Below, piece after piece: positions 55,589 to 64,000 of a DNA stretch of 64,000 bases (the stretch's first letter is position 1; each line of letters opens with the position of its first letter). The DNA is taken from positions 5,472 through 69,471 of the IMG/VR virus record IMGVR_UViG_3300031420_000496; one strand, written 5' to 3'. The notes under the pieces were generated by a model, which saw nothing but the letters and a program-made list of their open reading frames with translations, did not search any database and was not told where the DNA came from. The position numbers were made by a program, and so were the translations under genes. This DNA comes from a virus (Duplodnaviria > Heunggongvirae > Uroviricota > Caudoviricetes).

Positions 55589-56872
55589 TTACTTTCTTGC
55601 TGAAGGACGGAAACCTGGATTGCGATGTGCGTCGACGATCGTTGCTGGATCAGGTTGTACAATGCCCAATGTTGAGCGTGTAATCTCTTCGCGGTGGATT
55701 GGTACTTGCGCGACTTTCATCGGGATGAACTGCGAGCGATCGGGTTCAACAACGATTTCAGGAAGTTCCACGTTGACCGGTTTCAAGATGCCAGTCTGCT
55801 CGTAGGTTTCTTTCGGCTCTTCGTACTTCTCGTACTTGGTCTCTGGAATCGGGTCGCCAACATAACCTTCTTCACGAGCCTGCTCGGCTTTCTCCAACCA
55901 GACTTTGTCTTCTGCTTCGCTCGTTGCAGCGAGGGTGTTTGCACCTTCCCATGCGAAGCCGTTGAAGATGTACATCTGATGATGTTCCGGATGGAAGAAC
56001 ACGTCGTTCTTCTTCGGATTTGCTGGGAACTCTGAACCGACTTTATCGGCTTCTTCGTCGATCAGATGTTCGCTGTGAGTTCCCTTCATTGGCTTGAACT
56101 CTTGAAAACCTTCAGGTTGCGGTTCATCAAACACCTCGACCTTTGCCGGCTCTTGTTCGACAACTGGCACTTGCTTCTCTGCCAACTTCTCTTCTTTGCG
56201 ACGAGCCCACAGATAGTTGCCAGCGATGATGAGGAAGATGGCGAGCGGGTCAAACACGAAGATAATCATCGCGATGACGTACGACACTGCCTTTTCCATT
56301 GGAACATCGAGACCTTTCGAGATAGCAACGATCGGACCCGCTTTCGCTTCCGTGCCGATCTGTTTGATCTGCGCTTCTGGCAATTGCTTGTCGATGTCTG
56401 CGATCTTCTTGTCCAGCGCTTTCTGTTCTGCCTGGAAACTGCGGATCAGTCGAAGTCGTTGATTGACCGTCGTCTTTGTTGGGAGCGCGGCAATCTGATC
56501 GTCGATCTGTTTCTTGCGAAGTTCATATTTCGCTTGCTGTTCTTTCATGACGGCAACTTTCACGTCGCCTTCCTTCGCGCCCATAATGGACTTCTGGAAT
56601 TCACCCGTCAAATACCCTGCGGCACCTGACGAGGTGATAATCATGGTGACTATTGCCGCAGCGAAAGCGTACGGCTTCATCAGTCTCGGTAAAGTTTTCC
56701 AGTGCGTGTACAGAAGCGAAACCGTTACAATCTTACCAACGTCAAGAGCTATTGCAAGGGCGATTATGATTGGGTTTGCTCCGAACAGCGCAGAAATACC
56801 GATGACGGAAACAAGAGAACCAAGGCCCTCGATGAAAAGTGCCGCTGCGAAAGTAAGGATTATAAAGAACAT
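55589..56872 (-). CDS. polytopic membrane protein with central coiled coil
   Basis: multiple TM helices at both ends. Confidence 0.5.
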   Translation of the reverse strand: MFFIILTFAAALFIEGLGSLVSVIGISALFGANPIIIALAIALDVGKIVTVSLLYTHWKTLPRLMKPYAFAAAIVTMIITSSGAAGYLTGEFQKSIMGAKEGDVKVAVMKEQQAKYELRKKQIDDQIAALPTKTTVNQRLRLIRSFQAEQKALDKKIADIDKQLPEAQIKQIGTEAKAGPIVAISKGLDVPMEKAVSYVIAMIIFVFDPLAIFLIIAGNYLWARRKEEKLAEKQVPVVEQEPAKVEVFDEPQPEGFQEFKPMKGTHSEHLIDEEADKVGSEFPANPKKNDVFFHPEHHQMYIFNGFAWEGANTLAATSEAEDKVWLEKAEQAREEGYVGDPIPETKYEKYEEPKETYEQTGILKPVNVELPEIVVEPDRSQFIPMKVAQVPIHREEITRSTLGIVQPDPATIVDAHRNPGFRPSARK

Positions 56873-56873
56873 T

Positions 56874-57353
56874 TTATTGGGCGCTTATAGCGAAACGGAA
56901 AGTTGCGTAGGAGTGTTTTGAAAAATCTTCTTTGGTCAGGGTATACGGTGAAGTGTACCAGACTGCGTCGTGCAGGTTGACGACGTCACCAGGCTTCTTG
57001 GCTTTCAGCCATTCAGCATGTGGTACGTCCAACGCGATCGGATGCAGGTATCCGGTCAGTCCCTTGAATGCGTCGAAGCAATGCGGGTCTTCGAAGTAAA
57101 TCTTCACCAACTTCGATTTGTCGAGTACGGCGCTTGGACGTTCAACATGTGGCACAGTGTAGTCCAGCTTGACAATCGGATCGTTGTCCAGATATTCTGG
57201 AACGATCTTACCTTCCCAGACTTTGACTCCGCTGTGTGGTAATGCTTCGCCGAGTTTCAGACTTGGATTGACTTCGAGAATTTTGCTGAGAATGCCGGCG
57301 AGCAATTCTTCTTTCGGCATGTCCAGCAGCGGGTGTGGATAGTATTCGGTCAT
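56874..57353 (-). CDS. hypothetical protein
   Basis: 159-aa ORF. Confidence 0.45.
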   Translation of the reverse strand: MTEYYPHPLLDMPKEELLAGILSKILEVNPSLKLGEALPHSGVKVWEGKIVPEYLDNDPIVKLDYTVPHVERPSAVLDKSKLVKIYFEDPHCFDAFKGLTGYLHPIALDVPHAEWLKAKKPGDVVNLHDAVWYTSPYTLTKEDFSKHSYATFRFAISAQ

Positions 57354-57685
57354 TTGATGAACTCCGTACCTTCGGTGAGTTTGATGTCGTCAGTGACGAA
57401 GATGATTTTGTCCTCGTCAGTTTTCCACATCTTTTGACCGTCGACTTCAGTTCCGTACGTCCACATCAGGCCCTCGATGAGAATGTATTCGCCGACCTTG
57501 ATAGATGCTTCAGGGCCTACAGCAAGCACCTCGCCCCAACGAGGTTGCTTTTGCTGCATATCGGTTTGCGCAATGATAATGCCACTGCCGAGGATTCGGT
57601 CAGTGAATTTACCTTTGCCGCCTCCGGTTTCGTCGAGAAACCGGAACATGATGTTACCATTGAGGGGATGTACGATTGTTGGCAT
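57350..57685 (-). CDS. GroES-like co-chaperonin
   Basis: PLNGNIMFRF..GEVLAVGP..KVGEYILIE parallels GroES. Confidence 0.65.
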   Translation of the reverse strand: MPTIVHPLNGNIMFRFLDETGGGKGKFTDRILGSGIIIAQTDMQQKQPRWGEVLAVGPEASIKVGEYILIEGLMWTYGTEVDGQKMWKTDEDKIIFVTDDIKLTEGTEFIK

Positions 57686-57719
57686 GCTATGTCCTATGAG
57701 TATTTCCTGCTGGATGGTG

Positions 57720-57944
57720 TTACTTGCGCTGCTTTGCTTTGCCCGATTGTTCTGCAGCCTCGGCGGAAACTGCCAGGAAATCGATGTCAGGTGCGACGGA
57801 AGACTTCACTCCGTCCTTTGCATCGATGGCCTGTTTCCGTTGCTCAACTGCTTTTGGCACTGGTGCCGAAGCGAGTTGTTGTTTGATGGCGAGCATTTCG
57901 AAGTCGATAAGTTCGCCGCGGGCGCTTCTGATGAGTTGTCCCAT
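57720..57944 (-). CDS. hypothetical protein
   Basis: 74-aa ORF. Confidence 0.35.
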   Translation of the reverse strand: MGQLIRSARGELIDFEMLAIKQQLASAPVPKAVEQRKQAIDAKDGVKSSVAPDIDFLAVSAEAAEQSGKAKQRK

Positions 57945-58015
57945 TGTATGTAGTCTCCGGATAATGGCGCTTGGTTGCGCACACTATATTTATAGTTCTT
58001 TTTCTATAGACCGGA

Positions 58016-58243
58016 TTATGGGATGAGTTGTCGCTTCTTCGCCAGCAAAGCAGCCTTTGCGGCTTCTCGTTCTGGGCAAGTCGCCCGATGATAGTTGTCG
58101 TAGCGGCGAAGCAGGTCGAGCTGATTCTCGATCAACACCAACGTTTCATGTCTGTGTCTACGATCGTTCAACCAGCTCACATCAAGCGCATCTTGGCGTG
58201 CATCGGAGATTGTGAAATAATTCGGTGGAAGTTGTGGAATCAT
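58016..58243 (-). CDS. hypothetical protein
   Basis: 75-aa ORF. Confidence 0.4.
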   Translation of the reverse strand: MIPQLPPNYFTISDARQDALDVSWLNDRRHRHETLVLIENQLDLLRRYDNYHRATCPEREAAKAALLAKKRQLIP

Positions 58244-58245
58244 AA

Positions 58246-58806
58246 TCAGTCGTGGAAGAATTCATCGGCCGGCACGTCCAAGACAACACAATCGACAACG
58301 TGCAAACCAATGAGATAGAGAAGATACGAAGCGCAAGACGAACCACGCCCGACTCCCCACAGAACATTGTTCTCACGCAACTGGTCAATGATGTAGATGA
58401 CGGTCTGCATAAATTGTACCATGCCACGAGCTTCAACTTCTTGAAGTTCGTCAACGATACGATCCAGGGCTTTCTCAACCATCTCTGGTGTATACGATGC
58501 CGGGCAGTTCTTCTCGAACTGTTTGGCCATGTACTCTTGCAGATCGAGATTCTGATACTCTTCAGGTAGCTGCCAACCCATGTCGAGGTTGATCGGCTCT
58601 TGTTGAACAGGCAACAGCTGTTCGCGTTCAGACACTTGCGTGTTGAACTCGGCGATGTCTGGTGTTTCAGAGGTGACGCGCAACTTGTTGGGTGGAATTC
58701 CCAAAAGCAAAAACCGGGCCAACTGGTCCGGTTCTATCTCAGACACTCCGTCGAAACGGAGGTTGCGGTCGCTCAGCTCAGACTTGAGGGACTTCAATGA
58801 GTTCAT
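58246..58806 (-). CDS. DnaE-like polymerase fragment (region just N-terminal of catalytic aspartates)
   Basis: MVQFMQTVIYIIDQLRENNVLWGVGRGSSCASYLLYLIGL ~ [41 protein letters not shown]. Confidence 0.6.
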   Translation of the reverse strand: MNSLKSLKSELSDRNLRFDGVSEIEPDQLARFLLLGIPPNKLRVTSETPDIAEFNTQVSEREQLLPVQQEPINLDMGWQLPEEYQNLDLQEYMAKQFEKNCPASYTPEMVEKALDRIVDELQEVEARGMVQFMQTVIYIIDQLRENNVLWGVGRGSSCASYLLYLIGLHVVDCVVLDVPADEFFHD

Positions 58807-59116
58807 CGGCGAGGTCCACTGGTTGGACGGGTTGTGTTACTTGACGACGCGCGTTTTCCAGCTGCGTCTCGGCGCTGGTCTTGCGCTTGACCTTCAGTGC
58901 GTGGCACGCGAACTTGGCAAGCACGTAGGTCGGCACGTCGGTGTACGGATATTCCGGATAGAACATCACGTTGCCCCAGCGTCCCGTTTCGAGGAACGAC
59001 TTGAGGGATTCGCAGTGCGCTTTCTTCGACGGATCGAACGACACGCGGTGGTTCGAAACTTGGCGCAGGATCGAGGACCGGGCCAAGTGGTCATTGGGTT
59101 CGACGAAATCAGGCAT
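58778..59116 (-). CDS. possible DnaE-like PHP-region fragment (weak)
   Basis: NHRVSFDPSKKAHCE ~ NDVRFIDSSDFDAHE; overlaps next fragment by 29 nt in another frame. Confidence 0.3.
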   Translation of the reverse strand: MPDFVEPNDHLARSSILRQVSNHRVSFDPSKKAHCESLKSFLETGRWGNVMFYPEYPYTDVPTYVLAKFACHALKVKRKTSAETQLENARRQVTQPVQPVDLADELIEVPQV

Positions 59117-59263
59117 GATGTTTCCTTGTGTGGTTGAGTTCAGCCATTATACAATGGTCATTTCGAAATGCACATCAGCTTTCGTCATTTGGTGGTTCCT
59201 CATTCTGCCACTTTGGGCAGTCGTTAAGTTCGTGCTTATCGCTGCCGCACATCGGGCATTTCT

Positions 59264-59797
59264 TTATTGGTCTACTGCGTAGCACAGTGGATTGCGGCAC
59301 GCGGTCGACTTTGGATCGCACATGCAAGCATTCTTCACTGGTGGTTTCACGAGCTGATGACATGGTACACCACGCTTCTCCAAACGTTCAACGCCTTCAG
59401 GCAGGCGATAGTGATTGCGGTAAACAACGCGGGCAATCTTCGCTTGGACGATCAGCTTCGCGCATTCAGGGCAGGGTGAGTAAGTGGTGTACAGAGTTGC
59501 GCCTTCGGAACCGCCACCAGCTGCTGCGAGTTTCAGAATCGCATTGGCTTCAGCGTGAAGGACTTCTTGCTTAGTGACAACATTGCCTGCGTCATCGTAG
59601 ATTTCGCATACGTCATCATCACCAGTTGCACCGGCAGGCATGCCGTTATAACCGTCCGAGATGATGCGCCCGTTCTTGACGATGAGCGCACCAACTTGAA
59701 GGCGATTGGCTTTGGAACGTTTCGACCAGACTTCCGCCATCTGCATGTAGGCTTCGTCTATCTCGATACGGTTTTGGTTTATGGTCAGTTTTTTCAT
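59264..59797 (-). CDS. dCMP (deoxycytidylate) deaminase
   Basis: HAEANAI..SPCPECAKLI zinc-binding motifs. Confidence 0.85.
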   Translation of the reverse strand: MKKLTINQNRIEIDEAYMQMAEVWSKRSKANRLQVGALIVKNGRIISDGYNGMPAGATGDDDVCEIYDDAGNVVTKQEVLHAEANAILKLAAAGGGSEGATLYTTYSPCPECAKLIVQAKIARVVYRNHYRLPEGVERLEKRGVPCHQLVKPPVKNACMCDPKSTACRNPLCYAVDQ

Positions 59798-59841
59798 ACG
59801 TCTATTCTACCTTGACGTATGATGCACGACAGAAATATTTC

Positions 59842-60234
59842 TTAATCATACATGCGGACGTTGTTGGCGCGCCAGAATTCACGGCTGCCGCTCAGCAAAC
59901 CAGTGCCGGCGTCCATGCGCTTGACGTATGATTCGTCCGCATTTTTGCGGGCGTAGTCGATCAGCGCGCTGCCGATGCCTTTGCGACGCAGTGACTTGCG
60001 AACGAAAACCTGGATGTCGCCGTATCGTGTGATTACGGTGACGCCGACGGGAACACCGTCAAGTTCATAGACCGCGGCGAACTTGACGCCATCTTCGTGG
60101 TCAGCTCCCCTGTGTAGCTGTTCGTTCAGCATCCACCCCGACACAAACAGACGGTGCCGGATCGCCAACTTGCACGCTTGCTGGTTCGTCATTTTCCGGA
60201 TCATCGCTTGCAGCCTCCGCCGTTGCAATCGCAA
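59842..60234 (-). CDS. GNAT N-acetyltransferase
   Basis: motif A VRKSLRRKGIGSALIDYA. Confidence 0.6.
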   Translation of the reverse strand: MRLQRRRLQAMIRKMTNQQACKLAIRHRLFVSGWMLNEQLHRGADHEDGVKFAAVYELDGVPVGVTVITRYGDIQVFVRKSLRRKGIGSALIDYARKNADESYVKRMDAGTGLLSGSREFWRANNVRMYD

Positions 60235-60562
60235 GGACGGCGTCCTTGATTACAATTTCCTCCGCAGCTGGGGAGGCTGTTGAGGAATTCTCGGATTCGG
60301 GCAAGGAGGGTTCGCATGGTGTCGGTTCCAGTGGCCAGGTTTTGTGAACGTCTTCAAAAAGTTTGTCGATGGTTTTGACGCATGGATGGTCGCCATAATC
60401 CGGCCACGCATACTTTGCGTCGAAGATTTTTGCTTCGCCGTAAGCGAGTTCAATCTCGCCACGGCCAGGCAGCATTATATTGTAACCTGAGATGCTGCAG
60501 TTTGTATACCCCTCTGCAGTCAACCGGTCAACGATGTCTTGGAGTGTCACTTGATTCTCCAC
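60101..60562 (-). CDS. hypothetical protein
   Basis: 153-aa ORF. Confidence 0.4.
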   Translation of the reverse strand: MENQVTLQDIVDRLTAEGYTNCSISGYNIMLPGRGEIELAYGEAKIFDAKYAWPDYGDHPCVKTIDKLFEDVHKTWPLEPTPCEPSLPESENSSTASPAAEEIVIKDAVLAIATAEAASDDPENDEPASVQVGDPAPSVCVGVDAERTATQGS

Positions 60563-60778
60563 ATCTTCGGCACGTAGTACACGTACATCGACAGGTCTTC
60601 GATGAAGAAGAGATTGCCAATACGGACCAGCGTGCCGACATCGCCTTGCGAGTTGGTGGTTTCCAGCACGACGCGTTCAGGCGGAAGTTCGTGTGCGGTG
60701 TATTTCCAGTCGGATGCCATGATTCTATCCTTGATTTGATAAACCATTATACACACATTTGTGCAGTGTGCAAAGTAT

Positions 60779-61447
60779 TTAGAACGAGTAATTCGCGTGA
60801 GGGATGCGGCACTTGACTTGCCACGATTTGTTGGAGTCAGCTTTGTGGCACGGCAGCAAGATTGCTTTCGGGTCTTTCAGCACAAGGCCTTCGTCTTCTT
60901 TGCCGAGCTTGTCGAACAGAGCCGTGAAGCCAGCACCAAAACATTTCGCCAGCGTGATGCGGTCGTCGATGCGATACTGGTCGGATTCGGAAACACCGCC
61001 GAACTTTTTCATCATCGCTATCATACGCGAACCGAACGTGGTGCCGGCAAGCGACACGCCATTCGAGACGAGTTGATCGAAGATGAACAGTTCGTGTTTC
61101 GGGCCGCCAGTAACTTTGCTGTGCAGCAGTTCGGCGACGAAGACATTCCAGCCTTCAGAGCCGGAGAAGAATTTGATGTGGTCTTCCTGCGGCGTCCACA
61201 TGCGATGGTCGCCGTTGTCGATTTCAGGATGACGGGTCTTGAAGATGACTTGATCGCCTTTTGCGAAGATCACGGTGCACGTACCGTTCTTTTTCTTCTG
61301 TGCGACGTAACCGCGCTTCTGATAGAAGCCAAGGTTTTCCTTGGCAATCTTCAGTTCGGGCCGAGGTGGAAACAGATATTGAAAGTTGACGTAGTCCATG
61401 TTCGTTCCGCAGTAGGTCAGTGAAGCCATTATACCCAATGACTCCAC
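60779..61447 (-). CDS. ligase/capping-enzyme-family nucleotidyltransferase (KxNG motif)
   Basis: YVAQKKKNGTCTVIF resembles covalent NTase motif I. Confidence 0.45.
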   Translation of the reverse strand: MESLGIMASLTYCGTNMDYVNFQYLFPPRPELKIAKENLGFYQKRGYVAQKKKNGTCTVIFAKGDQVIFKTRHPEIDNGDHRMWTPQEDHIKFFSGSEGWNVFVAELLHSKVTGGPKHELFIFDQLVSNGVSLAGTTFGSRMIAMMKKFGGVSESDQYRIDDRITLAKCFGAGFTALFDKLGKEDEGLVLKDPKAILLPCHKADSNKSWQVKCRIPHANYSF

Positions 61448-62012
61448 TGTTGCACACTACTTTAGCAGTTCAACGAACCATCACGCGGCTTTTCGCACGT
61501 GACGTAAATCACCGGCGGGCTTTGCTCTTGATACGACTTTTTGACTTCGATCACTTTGTGGTACTCGAAGTCAAGGCCCTGCACGTGTTCACCGAGTGCA
61601 GGTGGATGATCGGTCTGCAGATGCAGCGTGTCTTCAACCAAACCCGACGGGGTTCTGCGATACGTGCGTATGATTACCGTCGGCCACCCATTTACCGGTT
61701 CGTGGCTTCGAAATTTTCCCGGACTTGGTGTCTCCGCTTTGTATCCCATCTGCTGTTTCCTTTATGTGATGCATGTAGGTAACGCCGACGATGAACTCGT
61801 GATCGAGCACGTACAACGGCATTGGTGTGTTGTTCGGACGCTGGAACTCGTGGGCGCCGACATGCGTGATTCGATACGCTTTGCCAACAACCGGCAATCC
61901 GCCGTACGTGAAAAGCGGCACGTGCGCTGCGCGGTCTGCCCATGCATGGTACGTGTCGAATGTGTTGCCGTCGCTGCTGAGCATGACGGCATCGCCAACT
62001 TTGAATGTCATA

Positions 62013-62285
62013 TCAGTGAAGTGTTTGCATTTGTTGCAGCACAGCATCAGTTGCCGCCCATCCGTATTGGCGGTTGTTCTTCTGCCACTGGCTGTTGTGG
62101 ATTTGTTCGAGCAGCGCTGTACGGCATCGTTCAGCCGACGCCAGAGTTTGGAAAGCACTGGCGCCCAGGAGAAAACGACGACCGGTCTTGGCAATAGCCC
62201 ACACGGACTTCTTGCAGACCTTGATTTCGTAATCGCGGACGGCCACCGGATTCCACGGCCGTTTGATGTTGACGATGTAGAGCTT
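62013..62285 (-). CDS. hypothetical protein
   Basis: ORF from MKLYIVNIKRPW. Confidence 0.4.
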   Translation of the reverse strand, partial: KLYIVNIKRPWNPVAVRDYEIKVCKKSVWAIAKTGRRFLLGASAFQTLASAERCRTALLEQIHNSQWQKNNRQYGWAATDAVLQQMQTLH

Positions 62286-62287
62286 CA

Positions 62288-62524
62288 TCAGTCTTTCCGG
62301 TTCTGCATCATGATGACCATCTGCTTGACCATCTCGTCGTCGATGTAAACTTCCTTGCCGTTCCAGGCTTTCGCCAGGAAACCGACGCCGACGTCCGTGA
62401 CGGTGATGCCACCATCTTGCAGCGTTTTGTCGTCGAGCTTGACGATGCTCAGTTCGGGATTGTTCTTGTTTTCGTACACAGTGGTCATTTGAATCTCCGT
62501 AGTCGATGGAAAGATTATACCCAC
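62288..62524 (-). CDS. hypothetical protein
   Basis: 78-aa ORF. Confidence 0.4.
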   Translation of the reverse strand: MGIIFPSTTEIQMTTVYENKNNPELSIVKLDDKTLQDGGITVTDVGVGFLAKAWNGKEVYIDDEMVKQMVIMMQNRKD

Positions 62525-62542
62525 CTTCTACGGAAATGTACA

Positions 62543-63094
62543 TCACTTGTACTCGTCTAGTGCAGCTTTTGCGCATGCTTCGCCGTAGGCGCGCATTTGC
62601 TCTGCTGTGTAATTACCATCGACTTCTGGTTCCGGCAATGATGGCAGGAACTTGTTCGATGGTGTTGGCAAGAACCGCGTGTAGTCGAGACCGTGATAAC
62701 GGAAATGTTCTGCCGTCATCAGCTTGTAAGCCGTCTCTGCAAACTCTTGCGAATCTGCGCCAACGTCAAACGGCACTTCCCATTTCGCTGCCAGGTCTTC
62801 CAGGTCGGCGAACGTAATGGTGTGCGTGCGACCCCAGCCACTGCGTTCGTCTTTGTAGACTTTGCCGTCTTCGTAGCTGACGCGAATGATTGGGTCGAAG
62901 TCTTCGTTGACGATGTAGTAATACTCGCCAGTGAGCTTCGTCATGATTTTAGCTGTCGCCCAGAACGTGCCTTGTTCGTCGATGACGCAGGGCACGTCAT
63001 CTTCTGGCTTCGCGAGAATCATCATTGTGCGAAGCTGGTTATGGTAGTGGTCAAAGACCGGCACCATAAACTCGCCGGTTGTCGGATGCTTCAT
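62543..63094 (-). CDS. hypothetical protein
   Basis: 183-aa ORF. Confidence 0.5.
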   Translation of the reverse strand: MKHPTTGEFMVPVFDHYHNQLRTMMILAKPEDDVPCVIDEQGTFWATAKIMTKLTGEYYYIVNEDFDPIIRVSYEDGKVYKDERSGWGRTHTITFADLEDLAAKWEVPFDVGADSQEFAETAYKLMTAEHFRYHGLDYTRFLPTPSNKFLPSLPEPEVDGNYTAEQMRAYGEACAKAALDEYK

Positions 63095-63291
63095 TTGTAT
63101 TCCACGCCGAAGTCGAGGAACTTGCCGGCTTCCGGATTGCGTTGCTGGAATTCACGACCGGCTTCGAACGATGCCGACATGAGCAGCGCGTACGCCGGCT
63201 CGTCGATGAAACGATCGATCTGATGTTGCGGAATGTCGGACCGGTTCTCTTTGAACCAGCGTTTAATTGCCACGAAGTTTGGAGCGCTCAT
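63091..63291 (-). CDS. hypothetical protein
   Basis: 66-aa ORF. Confidence 0.35.
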   Translation of the reverse strand: MSAPNFVAIKRWFKENRSDIPQHQIDRFIDEPAYALLMSASFEAGREFQQRNPEAGKFLDFGVEYK

Positions 63292-63604
63292 AGTGTCTGA
63301 TGGTTATCCGGTTGAAGAAACGACGCCACAGAATCGATCGTACGATTGACACGATCGTAAACAGAATCGTGATGCCGATGTTTTGGCTGGTCGATGTTTG
63401 CAGATGAAACAGTGGCGTGATTACAAATTGCTGGAAGAGTCCAGAAATAATGAAGCCAGAGCCGATGTTGGCGATGACTTCGATCCATGAATGTTTGAGT
63501 GATTGCATTAGCTGAAAATGGCAACGATGATGAGGATCAGGAAACTCAGTGCAATGCAGCCAAGTGCTTCTTTGCGAGTCATCTCGCGGCCACCTCTGCG
63601 CATA

Positions 63605-63877
63605 TTACCAGTCCTTGATTTCGAGGATAATCTCGCCTTCTTCTTCCGGCCAGTGGCGAGCGACATCGAGGTCATCGTAGTCGAGTTCCACTTCCAGACC
63701 CCAGACGTGGTCCTCTTCTTCTTTGGTTGATGGCCGCACGACCACGCCATAGCGGATCAGTGCTTCGAGTTGGGCGACAGCGACTTCGTCTTCTTCGTCA
63801 ACGGTGACGTAGATGTCATGGCTGTCGTACAGCGACTTCGGACGCGGGCCCGGATGTTCGATGGTGTATTGCGTCAT
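63605..63877 (-). CDS. hypothetical protein
   Basis: 90-aa acidic ORF. Confidence 0.4.
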   Translation of the reverse strand: MTQYTIEHPGPRPKSLYDSHDIYVTVDEEDEVAVAQLEALIRYGVVVRPSTKEEEDHVWGLEVELDYDDLDVARHWPEEEGEIILEIKDW

Positions 63878-64000
63878 GCGTAGATTCCCTTCTCTGCTTC
63901 GAGAGTGTTGCGAATCAGGTTGAGAAGAATTTCGTTCTCGGCGTACGTGGCGCGAGCAGCTTTCAGCTTGCTCTTGACCAGCTCGATGTGCTCGGCGATC

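Overview
This window looks like part of a large virulent phage of a Gram-negative host (about 55% GC), with nearly all genes on the minus strand. Assignments rest on motif recognition by eye; no searches or folding were run. Features: (1) a ~11 kb tRNA island (30+ minus-strand tRNA genes, most with encoded CCA) containing two HNH homing endonucleases, a RelE/YafQ-type toxin-antitoxin pair, several elongated tRNA-like genes with a homologous insertion, and a recurrent GATAACCAAT..CGGTT hairpin (at least 7 copies). (2) A Trp-like amber-suppressor tRNA (anticodon CUA) 1.8 kb from a PTH2-like peptidyl-tRNA hydrolase gene with an in-frame TAG at codon 5. (3) An intergenic element whose minus strand carries a 37-nt exact match to the universally conserved 23S rRNA L11/thiostrepton-binding core, followed by diverged rRNA-like sequence. 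(4) A phage-encoded ABC importer (solute-binding protein, ATPase, permease) embedded in an envelope cluster (SPFH, Imm, lipoproteins, SBP-OmpA fusion, OmpA-like barrel, DD-peptidase). (5) A DnaE-like polymerase split into at least three pieces separated by a 5.6 kb block of other genes and abutted by a GIY-YIG endonuclease. (6) Metabolic and replication genes: a divergent PurA-like enzyme, NadM-Nudix, dCMP deaminase, DNA ligase, RNA-ligase-like enzymes, clamp loader, GroES, metallophosphoesterase, and Pol-beta-type nucleotidyltransferase.
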